From contig OZ242320.1 in NCBI GenBank assembly GCA_965208125.1, forward strand, positions 4,704,001 through 4,768,000: a stretch of DNA of 64,000 bases. The letters are read 5' to 3'. This document shows, in pieces, positions 28,756 to 37,854 of this stretch (position 1 is the first letter of the stretch; each line of letters begins with the position of its first letter). A program made the position numbers and the translations under genes. Below the pieces are notes generated by a model that searched no databases, was not told where the DNA came from, and saw nothing but the letters and a program-made list of their open reading frames with translations. This DNA comes from Candidatus Latescibacterota bacterium (lineage in GTDB: Bacteria; Latescibacterota; UBA2968).

Positions 28756-30063
28756 ATGAAAAAAATTGTTTGTAAATTTGGTGGTTCATCGGTCGCCGAT
28801 GCGGCGCAAGTCGAGAAGGTAGTGTCTATTGTGCAGAGCGATGAACGCCGTTGTTTTGTCGTGCCTTCCGCGCCGGGTAAACGGTCTGATGATGATACAA
28901 AAATTACTGATTTGCTCTATTTGTGCCACGAACTCGCGCGACAAAATGTCGATTTCTCAGAGCCTTTCAAAAAAATTAGTACGCGGTATTTGGATCTCTC
29001 AAAGACTCTCGGCGTATCGATAGATATAGAGGGATTGCTCGCTGAAGTTGAAGATAGGATCGCAGGGGGCGCAGGGCGAGATTATGTGGCCTCTCGCGGC
29101 GAGTATTTGTGCGGGCGCATTCTATCCGATGTTTTGGGTGCTGTGTTTGTCGATCCAGCCGAGGCGATTCTCTTTCGGGCTGATGGACGTCTCGATAGCG
29201 ATTCATATGGGCGGCTGAGGGCGCATCTTTCAGATGAACAACTCTATGTTATTCCGGGGTTCTATGGTGCGAATGCAGAGGGCGAGATCGTGACATTTTC
29301 CCGCGGTGGCTCGGATATTACCGGTGCGATTGTCGCCCGCGCAGTTGGAGCAGAAGTGTACGAAAACTGGACGGATGTGTCCGGGTTGCTCATGGCCGAT
29401 CCCCGCATGGTGCCCAATCCTTTGCCCGTAGAGGAGATTACGTATCGAGAAATGCGCGAGTTGGCCTATATGGGAGCCGATGTTTTGCACGACGAGGCAA
29501 TGTTTCCAGTGCGCGCGGCTGAAATTCCCATTCACATACGAAATACCAATCGGTCAGAGGATGCCGGCACGCTGATTTTGCCGAGCCGAGAGCTTACAGA
29601 GCGCCTGATCGCCGGGGTTGCGGGGCGTCCCAATTTTAGCATGCTATTTATTGAAAAAGATTTGATGAATCAGACGACGGGGTTTGGGCAGCGGGTCCTG
29701 GAGGTGGTTGCGCGACACGGGATCAGTTATGATCACACGCCGTCTGGCATCGATACAATGTCGGTGATCATACAGGATGAGCAATTGGATGGCAAGGGCG
29801 AACTTCTCGTCGAAGACATTCAACGCATTATCGAGCCTGATCGCGTCGAATTGATCCACGGACTTGCGCTGATTGCAACGGTTGGCGAGGGGATGTCGCA
29901 CAGGGTTGGCATTGCTGCGCGTCTGTTTACTGCGCTGGCAGATGCAGGTGTGAATGTACGGGTGATTGATCAAGGGGCTTCAGAGATCAATATTATTGTG
30001 GGAGTTGAAGAAGCGGATCTCGAGACCGCACTGGTCGCTATTTATCGCGCTTTTGTAAAATAG
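28756..30063 (+). CDS. lysC: Aspartate kinase with ACT domains
   Basis: KFGGSS, SAPGKR, TFSRGGSDITG, WTDVSG and ELAYMGA. Confidence 0.93.
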   Translation: MKKIVCKFGGSSVADAAQVEKVVSIVQSDERRCFVVPSAPGKRSDDDTKITDLLYLCHELARQNVDFSEPFKKISTRYLDLSKTLGVSIDIEGLLAEVEDRIAGGAGRDYVASRGEYLCGRILSDVLGAVFVDPAEAILFRADGRLDSDSYGRLRAHLSDEQLYVIPGFYGANAEGEIVTFSRGGSDITGAIVARAVGAEVYENWTDVSGLLMADPRMVPNPLPVEEITYREMRELAYMGADVLHDEAMFPVRAAEIPIHIRNTNRSEDAGTLILPSRELTERLIAGVAGRPNFSMLFIEKDLMNQTTGFGQRVLEVVARHGISYDHTPSGIDTMSVIIQDEQLDGKGELLVEDIQRIIEPDRVELIHGLALIATVGEGMSHRVGIAARLFTALADAGVNVRVIDQGASEINIIVGVEEADLETALVAIYRAFVK

Positions 30064-30085
30064 GGAAAGAAACTGGGAGGGATTT

Positions 30086-31135
30086 ATGAAAATTCTCGTG
30101 ACGGGATCACACGGAAGGGTAGGGGGCAATCTGGTCAGACGTTTGCTCGACAAAGGCCACGATATACGCGGCTTTGTCTATCCCGGCGATGCCAGCCGGG
30201 CAGATAAATGGGAAGGCATTGATGCAGTCGAGGTCGTAGAAGGCGACTTGCGCGATTGCGATGCCGTATCTCGTGCGGTTGAGGGTGTGGATGCCATATA
30301 TCATCTGGCAGCGGCTTTTGCAAGCCCGCATAGCCATATCGAATATTTGCAGATCAATGGGCTGGGCACACTGCATTTGCTCGAAGCGGTGCGAGAGAAA
30401 GTTCCCAATTTGCAGCGTTTTGTCTATGCTTGTACAGAAGCGATATACTGGAAGGTTGAAGAGGCTGGGCGTTTGTTTGAGAAGCCAATTTCCGAAGATA
30501 TGGTCAGCGCGACTAAAGCGATGCCCTATTTTTTAACCAAGTGGATCGGCGAAGAACTGGTGATGAATTACCATGTTCAATACGGCGTTCCGAGCGTTGT
30601 GTGTCGGTTTGCGACTATTTTTGAACCGAGTGAGTTTTTGACCGAAGATGGCGTTCCCAAGTTTTGTACCCTCAGGCCTCCGCTCGAACGATTGCGACGC
30701 CAGAAAAACCCCACGGATGAACAGAGGGAGCAACTCACGTCTATGGAAAAAGCATGGGCAGATGGTGCGCGGGTTCTGGTTAGCAGGTGCCCCGATGGTA
30801 GGAGTTTTAAGCAGGAGTGGGCAGATGTGCGGGATATCGCCCTGGGCCTTTCTCTGAGTTTGGAGCGCGATGAAGCTGTGGGCGAGGCATTTACCCTTGG
30901 TGGAATGCTCATCGTGTGGGAAGACGATGTTCCAAAAGTTGCCGATTATCTCGGCGTAGGCTATACAGAAGCGACCATGTCTGCGCCGAATTTTTTTGAA
31001 TTTGATCGAACAAAAACCCAAAATCTTCTCGGATATCACGCCGAGCATGACTTGTGGAGCACGCTAAATACGGCTCTGGCGATGCAAGAGGGCAAGGAGA
31101 CAGATGTTGTTCCCACAGGTGTGCGATACGGATAA
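30086..31135 (+). CDS. NAD-dependent epimerase/dehydratase family protein
   Basis: ILVTGSHGRVG; YFLTK (YxxxK). Confidence 0.88.
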   Translation: MKILVTGSHGRVGGNLVRRLLDKGHDIRGFVYPGDASRADKWEGIDAVEVVEGDLRDCDAVSRAVEGVDAIYHLAAAFASPHSHIEYLQINGLGTLHLLEAVREKVPNLQRFVYACTEAIYWKVEEAGRLFEKPISEDMVSATKAMPYFLTKWIGEELVMNYHVQYGVPSVVCRFATIFEPSEFLTEDGVPKFCTLRPPLERLRRQKNPTDEQREQLTSMEKAWADGARVLVSRCPDGRSFKQEWADVRDIALGLSLSLERDEAVGEAFTLGGMLIVWEDDVPKVADYLGVGYTEATMSAPNFFEFDRTKTQNLLGYHAEHDLWSTLNTALAMQEGKETDVVPTGVRYG

Positions 31136-31159
31136 GATGCTACATAATGGGGAGATCCT

Positions 31160-31334
31160 ATGGCTTTCTTTTGCAGGTATATTCCGATTCTGGTATGCGC
31201 TGATTGTTTTTTGGCGAAATTTGCTCGATACCAGGCCGCCGCTGGTCAATGTGGAACAAGCCTACGATGGTTTTACGCACGATCCCAAAGGTCGGCAGTT
31301 GAAGTTGGCGGTGACATATAAGCTCGGGCGTTGA
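31160..31334 (+). pseudogene. Collapsed TonB-dependent receptor paralog (signal-peptide start fused to the last ~38 codons)
   Basis: MAFFCRYIPILVC matches MVFLSRFIPILVC at 33044; NLLDTRPPLVNVEQAYDGFTHDPKGRQLKL matches the C-terminus near 36125-36244; own GGGGAG RBS; frameshifted. Confidence 0.85.
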
Positions 31335-31347
31335 TGAAAGGAATATT

Positions 31348-32898
31348 TTGAAAACGCATTTAGAAGGAATACATGACAGAGAGTATCGCAAGCTATTCGG
31401 TTTAGATATTTACTTGACCCCAGTGTTTGTGATTGCCGGTATTACCATTATTGCATTTGTCACTGGCGCTCTTGTTTTTCAGGAAGCTGCGACTGAAGGG
31501 TTTAAAAATATCCGCGAGTGGCTCACTGCGAACCTCGATTGGTTTTTTCTCATTGCTGCTAATCTCGTTGTGCTCTTTTGTCTTTATGTCGCACTTTCGC
31601 CCCTCGGGAAGGTTCGTCTGGGCGGTACAGATGCAAAACCCGAATACACCTATTTAACCTATCTTGCCATGCTTTTTGCGGCTGGCGTGGGCATAGGTTT
31701 GCTGTTTTTTGGGGTGGCGGAGCCTGTGTACTACTATCAAAATCCGCCGCTCGGTATTACGCCCAGAACAGATGAGGCCGCTGCCGTGGGGATAGCGGCG
31801 ACGGTTTTCCACTGGGGGCTACACGGTTGGGCAATTTATGGCGTCGTTGGGCTCGCTCTGGGATACTTTGCGTACAATCGGGGATTGCCCCTTACCATTC
31901 GCTCGGCATTCTATCCCTTATTTGGTGACCGCGTCTGGGGTTGGCCCGGACATATTATTGATACTTTCGCGATATTTGCGGGATTGTTTGGGCTTGCCAC
32001 CTCCCTTGGACTGGGGGTTCAGCAGGTGACTTTCGGATTAAATTATCTGTTTGATATTCCCGCGAATAATACCACTATGGTGGTGCTGATTGTTGCGATC
32101 ACGTCCATCGCGCTCATATCGGTGCTGACGGGTATTAATGTCGGTATTAAGCGTTTGAGTCAGTTCAATATCATTATCGCGTTTTTGTTGTTATTGACTG
32201 TTATCTCGCTCGGTCCAACACTCTACATTTTTCGCAGTATCTTCGCTGGTCTCGGCAGTTATTTCGCGCAGGTTGTACCGCTCAGCAATTGGATTGGACG
32301 AGAGGATGTCGCCTTCGTGCGAGACTGGACGACTTTCTACTGGGCATGGTGGTTTGCCTGGGCACCGTTTGTCGGTACGTTCATCGCCCGCATTTCAAAG
32401 GGGCGCACAGTGCGCGAATTTGTCGTTTCTGTGCTTCTGCTGCCAACGCTTTTATGCCTGTTGTGGTTTGGCACTTTTAGCGGTACGGCATTCCACCAGT
32501 ACATCGTTGATGGCTATACCGGTGTAACAGAAAATGTCGAGGCGTGGAAGCTCGAAATCGCATTGTTCAAAATGTTTGACAAATTGCCGATGGCGACACT
32601 GCTTTCATCTGTGGCGATGCTTCTGACCGTCGTGTTTTTCGTTACTTCGTCGGACTCCGGATCGTTGATTCTCGATACTATCGCAGCGGGCGGCAAGGTT
32701 GATGCGCCAGTCGCGCAACGCGTTTTCTGGTGTACTATTGAGGGATTAGTCGCCATAGCGCTTCTGCTGGGCGGAGGTTTGAGTGCGTTGCAAGCTGCCT
32801 CGCTCACTACTGGTTTTCCATTTGCTATAGTGCTATTGGGAATGGCTGTGTGCGTTTGGATGGGGCTTCGCAGCGAAGTGCGCGAATCGCGCGAATGA
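31348..32898 (+). CDS. BCCT family transporter (betaine/carnitine/choline)
   Basis: AMLFAAGVGIGLLFFGVAEP, FHWGLHGWAIY, WTTFYWAWWFAWAPFVGTFIARISKGRTVREF. Confidence 0.95.
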   Translation: MKTHLEGIHDREYRKLFGLDIYLTPVFVIAGITIIAFVTGALVFQEAATEGFKNIREWLTANLDWFFLIAANLVVLFCLYVALSPLGKVRLGGTDAKPEYTYLTYLAMLFAAGVGIGLLFFGVAEPVYYYQNPPLGITPRTDEAAAVGIAATVFHWGLHGWAIYGVVGLALGYFAYNRGLPLTIRSAFYPLFGDRVWGWPGHIIDTFAIFAGLFGLATSLGLGVQQVTFGLNYLFDIPANNTTMVVLIVAITSIALISVLTGINVGIKRLSQFNIIIAFLLLLTVISLGPTLYIFRSIFAGLGSYFAQVVPLSNWIGREDVAFVRDWTTFYWAWWFAWAPFVGTFIARISKGRTVREFVVSVLLLPTLLCLLWFGTFSGTAFHQYIVDGYTGVTENVEAWKLEIALFKMFDKLPMATLLSSVAMLLTVVFFVTSSDSGSLILDTIAAGGKVDAPVAQRVFWCTIEGLVAIALLLGGGLSALQAASLTTGFPFAIVLLGMAVCVWMGLRSEVRESRE

Positions 32899-32933
32899 GA
32901 GTCCTAAACAGCTCAACATTTCCGGACAAGAAT

Positions 32934-32962
32934 TTGACATTGGGAGAGTTCCAACATATTTT
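32934..32962 (+). promoter_or_regulatory. Candidate promoter of the TonB-dependent receptor
   Basis: TTGACA (32934-32939), 17-nt spacer, TATTTT. Confidence 0.5.
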
Positions 32963-33043
32963 TTAGGGGAATTTAAAAGAGTTCCTGCCCCCAAAAACTC
33001 CGAAGTATTGCGGTACAGTTGAAATAACAGAAAGGGAGGACCA

Positions 33044-36000
33044 ATGGTATTTTTGAGCAGATTTATTCCGATTCTGGTATGTGTGGGATTGCTTTCTGGC
33101 GTGGTACAGGCGCAATCTGTTGGAACTGTTACCGGCACAGTGACCGATGCTGCAAGCGGCGAGAGATTAGAAGTGGTACAGGTCTATATTCCGACTTTGA
33201 AACTGAGCGCAGTGTCGGACGCGCAAGGCCGTTTTACCATCCCAAATGTGCCTTCTGGCACGCACGAACTGAGGGCTGACTTGATTGGTTATGCGAGCGC
33301 GACAGCGGTTATTACTGTGACGGCTGGAGAAACAGTAACGGTTGCGTTGCAGATAAATCCCTCCGCGCTTTATCTGGATGAAGTGGTGGTGACGGGTACG
33401 GCATTTAAGGAGGCGCCCATCAGCATGACGTATGCGGTCGCTGTGGTTGGGCGAGAGAAGATGGCAGAGCAAGGGTCTCCGCAGGCGGTTGATTTTTTCA
33501 AGAATCTGGGTGCGAGCCACGGTGTGATCGGCGAGCGGAGTAGTTGGTACAATGCAGGCCAGGCTGCCACGCTTACAGAGAGCATTGCCAATGTGAACCT
33601 GCGTGGACTGGGAGCTTCGCGGACGCTGGTTTTGATTAACAGTCGCCGTCAGACTTATGTTCCGGCGCGCTTGATCGGTGGGCGCTTTGTCGATGTAAAT
33701 GTTATTCCCTCTATCGCCCTTGACCGGATTGAGGTGCTCAAGGAGGGAGCCTCGGCTATCTATGGATCGGATGCAGTGGCTGGCGTTGCCAATTTTTTGA
33801 CCCGATCCGATTTTGAGGGTTTTGAAATCTCAGGTGCCTACGAGCATTTTGTCGGTGCTGGCGATACAAATATAGGCGCGATATGGGGTAAAAAACTCGC
33901 CGATGGCACTCATGCGGTTATTTCTGCGGAATGGATGGGACGCCAGGAGCTACCATCTAAGGATAGGGATTACCTGTTGCAGCCGTGGCACGGTGGCGGG
34001 CAACGCCTCGGATGGTCGAGTTTGGGGAACCCCGGCACCTTTGCCATTGGTGCTCCCGCTCCGTGGACCGCTGCCATCCACGCCCCCCGATGTGAGGAAT
34101 TTGGCGGTTTTCGGGAATCCTGGACATGCCGCTTCCGCTATCAGCAGTATGAGAATCTGGTCGAGAAAATGAGCCATATCCGTGTTTTTTCTGAGCTCAA
34201 TGGCACTCTGGACAATGGTATGGATTATCACGTGGAGTACCTGTGGGCCGAGGCCGAGATCCCCAATTGGTACACGACGCCTTCGTATCCGCCGTTCCCA
34301 CTGACAGACACGAGTATTATGGAAGTCGCGCCCGATCATCCGGGGCGGCAGGCATTTTGCGAGGACTACGGTGCAAATCCCGGCGATCTGTATTACGACG
34401 CCTGCCATGGCGGCGAGAACTGGTATTTCAATGGGCGGCCATTCGGAAACTCGGGGCCAGGGCGCACGTTGAGTCGTCAATCGAATACTATGCGCATGGC
34501 GGCTTCGGCAAATGGCGATTTTAAGGCGTTCGGCGGTCGAGATGCCCATTTTGACGCGGGTCTCTCTTATTCGCGCACATCGGGCAATTACAATTTGCCG
34601 GGGGTGTACATTGAGCGGTTATTCCTCGGCTTCCGCGGTTTTGGGGGACCAGATTGCGGCGTTGGCGTGGAGGCAGATCCGACGTCTCTTGCGGGGATGC
34701 GACTCGGACGGATCTACGATCAGGTAGCAGGACAGGGCAACTGTCATTACTACAACCCCTTCGGCAATGCCATCGAGTTCACGGATCAATATGGCTCGAA
34801 TTTTGAGAACTCGCCAAATCCCGATTACCGTCCCGATCTTGCGAATAGTCCCGAATTGCGGGAGTGGCTCGCCAATCAGGAAGTTGATCTACAGAGCACG
34901 GCGGATATGCTCGTTGCCGATGCGACGCTGACGGGCACGTGGACAGAGAATGTCTGGCTCAATGCGAGTTATGCAGCCGGGTATCAGTTCCGAAAGCTCA
35001 GTGCGACTGGCGATCCAAACGATCCGGGCGATGTGACCATCAATCCCTGTCCGGTTCCGGGGGATAAGGGTTGCTCAGAGGAAGATAAGTTCGGTCCCTA
35101 TGCGTTCACGAATGTGAACCGGCCGTACTCCGAAGACCAGACGGTACATCGCTTTTTTGGCGAAATACCTCTGAGCCTGGGAGAGCGCGTTGATGTGCAA
35201 CTCGCCGCGAACTACGAGTTCCACGATGTGGCGAGCAGTTTCGACCCCAAGGTCGGCTGGCGCGTGCAGCTTTTGGAATCCCCGACCCATTCTCTGTTTA
35301 TGCGAGGCTCGGTGCAGACGACATTTCGCACGCCATCGCTGGATGATGTAAATGAAAGTCCGTTATCGACGCTCGAGTGGATTAACCAGACGGGGGCGTA
35401 TCAGACGGTCGATAGAATCGGAAGCAAGGACCTCAAACCCGAACAGGCATTTACCTATAATGCGGGTCTCGCGCTGGTCACAGAGGCCGGAGCAGAAGCG
35501 ACTTTTGACTATTGGAGCTACGATTTTAGCGATGTCATAGGCGCTATGCCCTACGGTGCCATTACCGGCCTTTACGCATCCGAAGATCAGCGCGTGCGGG
35601 ATGCGGTGAAGCGGTTTATTGTCTGTCCGGATGGAGTGGGCACGGGTACGTGCGCGGCCTCAGCACTCGAGCGGGTGCGGGTTGATATTGTCAATTGGCC
35701 GGGGGTCAAGACTTCGGGAATCGATGTACATCTGGGAACGCGGATTCCTGCGGGTACAGGACAATTCGCGGCGAGCCTGGATGGCACTTATACGCTGGCT
35801 TATGAGACAAAGGCTTTGATGCTGGGCGGTAGCGATCTGGTGCTCCAGGAGGCGGCAGACGCCGCGGGGTACTTGAATTTTGGCAATCCGATTGCGACTT
35901 CGCTTCCCAAGTTGAAAGGGCGAGTATCGGCGGGCTATCACTGGAAAACCTACAGCCTTGTGAGTTATCTGAACTATATTTCGTCTTATGAAGACCGCGG

Positions 36001-36244
36001 CTCAATGGGCTCCGATAACCCGAGTATTAAAAATTTATTCGGTACTATTGACGCGTTTGTCACATGGGATGTGAGTTTTCTGTGGAACGTGTCCAGAGAT
36101 GTAAATATCGCGTTCTCTGGAATGAATCTGCTCGGCACCAGGCCACCGCTGGTGAATATCGAGCAAGCTTATGATGGCTTCACGCACGACCCCAAAGAGC
36201 GACGGTTGAAGCTGGGCCTCACATATCAATTCGGGGGTTTATAA
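33044..36244 (+). CDS. TonB-dependent receptor with N-terminal carboxypeptidase-regulatory-like domain
   Basis: Signal peptide; GTVTGTVTDAASGE; LDEVVVTG; plug motifs NLRGLG and RIEVLKEGASAIYGSDAVAGVANF; beta-barrel. Confidence 0.95.
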   Translation: MVFLSRFIPILVCVGLLSGVVQAQSVGTVTGTVTDAASGERLEVVQVYIPTLKLSAVSDAQGRFTIPNVPSGTHELRADLIGYASATAVITVTAGETVTVALQINPSALYLDEVVVTGTAFKEAPISMTYAVAVVGREKMAEQGSPQAVDFFKNLGASHGVIGERSSWYNAGQAATLTESIANVNLRGLGASRTLVLINSRRQTYVPARLIGGRFVDVNVIPSIALDRIEVLKEGASAIYGSDAVAGVANFLTRSDFEGFEISGAYEHFVGAGDTNIGAIWGKKLADGTHAVISAEWMGRQELPSKDRDYLLQPWHGGGQRLGWSSLGNPGTFAIGAPAPWTAAIHAPRCEEFGGFRESWTCRFRYQQYENLVEKMSHIRVFSELNGTLDNGMDYHVEYLWAEAEIPNWYTTPSYPPFPLTDTSIMEVAPDHPGRQAFCEDYGANPGDLYYDACHGGENWYFNGRPFGNSGPGRTLSRQSNTMRMAASANGDFKAFGGRDAHFDAGLSYSRTSGNYNLPGVYIERLFLGFRGFGGPDCGVGVEADPTSLAGMRLGRIYDQVAGQGNCHYYNPFGNAIEFTDQYGSNFENSPNPDYRPDLANSPELREWLANQEVDLQSTADMLVADATLTGTWTENVWLNASYAAGYQFRKLSATGDPNDPGDVTINPCPVPGDKGCSEEDKFGPYAFTNVNRPYSEDQTVHRFFGEIPLSLGERVDVQLAANYEFHDVASSFDPKVGWRVQLLESPTHSLFMRGSVQTTFRTPSLDDVNESPLSTLEWINQTGAYQTVDRIGSKDLKPEQAFTYNAGLALVTEAGAEATFDYWSYDFSDVIGAMPYGAITGLYASEDQRVRDAVKRFIVCPDGVGTGTCAASALERVRVDIVNWPGVKTSGIDVHLGTRIPAGTGQFAASLDGTYTLAYETKALMLGGSDLVLQEAADAAGYLNFGNPIATSLPKLKGRVSAGYHWKTYSLVSYLNYISSYEDRGSMGSDNPSIKNLFGTIDAFVTWDVSFLWNVSRDVNIAFSGMNLLGTRPPLVNIEQAYDGFTHDPKERRLKLGLTYQFGGL

Positions 36245-36273
36245 TATCCGAGAGGCATCCTCGAGTACAATAC

Positions 36274-36307
36274 AAAAGCCCGTCAGGTCGTGATGACGGG
36301 CTTTTTT
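36274..36307. terminator. Bidirectional rho-independent terminator
   Basis: AAAAGCCCGTCA-ggtcgtga-TGACGGGCTTTTTT between convergent genes. Confidence 0.88.
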
Positions 36308-36337
36308 GTTTATATATACACAACATGTGAGGTGATT

Positions 36338-37594
36338 TCACGCCTCTTGTGTTTTTTTTCGCACGGGCGAATTTTTCGATTCGCTGTACAATTTGTCAAA
36401 TGCTTCTGTGCCGTCGTCTTCAATTACATCGAGTGATGAGTCGGGTTCTGATATGGGCTGAGAATCTTCGGGATAGACGTGGTGCATGTCCTGTTTCGTG
36501 CAGGCATAATAGGTGACTTCACCGCTTTTGCGGCGGTACGCGTATAGGTGGCGAGGGGGATCGACCCAGGTATAGTCTGCGGTGTATTGTTCTATTGCTG
36601 CAGGGTCAATTTCTACGCCGAGACCAGGCGTTTCAGTGACGCAGTAAAAGCCGCCTCGAACTTCAATCGCGGGTTTTATAAGTTGATGCTCCCAGATGTT
36701 CATACACGTAATGGCCGGCCATTTGGCCTGGGGAAGGACCGCACCCAAATGCGCTGCCCAGGCTGTTGTGATGCCAGAGCCGACGAGTTGCAGCCAGAAG
36801 GGCTTGTTCCATTGCTCGCATACGGATGCTTGTTTGAGAAGGCGCGAAGCCCCTGCACAGATGACAAAACCATCGGTGACATCTTCTTTCAGGGTCGTTT
36901 CAATGGGCGGGTTGTTGTAGTGCATGGCAATGGGCCGCGCAATCAAATTTCTAATTTGCTTGTTGCCCGCCACGTCGTTTTGCGGAATCGGCGTTTCGAT
37001 CATCGCCACTTCGGGATAGGCTTCCAATTCTCTAAGATGCGGGATTGCATTGGCGGAATTGGCGAGGGTGCCGTTGTAGTCGAGGTCGAGGTGAAAGCCG
37101 GGTGGAACTACTTTTTGAACGGCCTGAATAGCCGCGTGCAGGTCAAACCAGGGGCGGGCTTTTAGTTTTGAACTGGTATATCCCGCCTGGGCGGCCTGCC
37201 GGCACTCTTCTGCCCATCCTTCAGGCGGCATGTCCATATTCCACCAGGATATGGGACACCAGTCGCGTACTTTTGTGCCCAGCAGACGGTATATGGGTAC
37301 GCCTTGCGCTTTTGCTATGGCATCAAACAAGGCCATCTGAACGCCAGCACCGAGACTGTCGTCCCACATCAATTCGGCGGCGGGTCTGCCGACGATTCTG
37401 TCTTCGATATCGCTCGGTACTTTGGCCCAGGTGTAGTTGGGTATGGTTTCTCCCCATCCCTCAATGCCATTTTCGAGCGTGATATGACAAATCTGGTGTA
37501 TCCGCCAGTGGGGAAGCCAGTAGCCGAGGTGTTTCTGGCTGTGTGGCGTGAAGGGGACGTCGAGATTGATGAGTTCAATGGTTTTGATTTTCAT
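36338..37594 (-). CDS. Enolase-superfamily (mandelate racemase/muconate lactonizing) enzyme
   Basis: GWGET, QMALFD, KLK, LDYN, IETP and PGLGVEID. Confidence 0.88.
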   Translation of the reverse strand: MKIKTIELINLDVPFTPHSQKHLGYWLPHWRIHQICHITLENGIEGWGETIPNYTWAKVPSDIEDRIVGRPAAELMWDDSLGAGVQMALFDAIAKAQGVPIYRLLGTKVRDWCPISWWNMDMPPEGWAEECRQAAQAGYTSSKLKARPWFDLHAAIQAVQKVVPPGFHLDLDYNGTLANSANAIPHLRELEAYPEVAMIETPIPQNDVAGNKQIRNLIARPIAMHYNNPPIETTLKEDVTDGFVICAGASRLLKQASVCEQWNKPFWLQLVGSGITTAWAAHLGAVLPQAKWPAITCMNIWEHQLIKPAIEVRGGFYCVTETPGLGVEIDPAAIEQYTADYTWVDPPRHLYAYRRKSGEVTYYACTKQDMHHVYPEDSQPISEPDSSLDVIEDDGTEAFDKLYSESKNSPVRKKTQEA

Positions 37595-37776
37595 GGCTTA
37601 CCTCCTGAAAAGTTGATATAGCGCACGATATGACACCTAAAGCGCGATGTCAAGCAGAACGGCGAGAAAGAAAACGTGCATGGGGTAAAAAGTTGGTTAT
37701 ATTGGGGGCCTAATAAGCGAATCTACGAAGTTCGCACTGATTTTGGGTAGTAGGGTGGGGTTCGTCTATTCGTCTA

Positions 37777-37814
37777 TGAACTGGTCTGAGAAACGACCAG
37801 TTTTACCCCGCTCC
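37777..37814 (-). repeat. 38-nt hairpin element, copy 1 (inverted relative to 43524-43561), flanked by the 12-nt direct repeat CGTCTATTCGTC
   Basis: Minus strand GGAGCGGGGTAAAACTGGTCGTTTCTCAGACCAGTTCA is 32/38 identical to copy 2; direct repeats at 37763-37774 and 37814-37825. Confidence 0.7.
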
Positions 37815-37854
37815 GTCTATTCGTCAGGCATTAACAATTTTAAGGAGGCGATGT

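Noticed and set aside
31104-31334. 76-aa ORF treated as a real protein
   Set aside because: Its start lies inside the epimerase gene; the frame is a by-product of the frameshifted TonB-receptor remnant.
28756-32898. Ectoine/osmolyte synthesis cluster (aspartate kinase near BCCT)
   Set aside because: No ectABC genes; the kinase is the tail of the hpf-hprK run.
32980-32991. 12-nt match AGTTCCTGCCCC shared with the minus strand near 60688-60699
   Set aside because: Too short and without shared flanks; compatible with chance.
37763-37825. Mini CRISPR array (repeat, ~39-nt spacer, repeat)
   Set aside because: The repeat is only 12 nt with two copies, the spacer is itself a hairpin repeated elsewhere, and there are no cas genes in the window.
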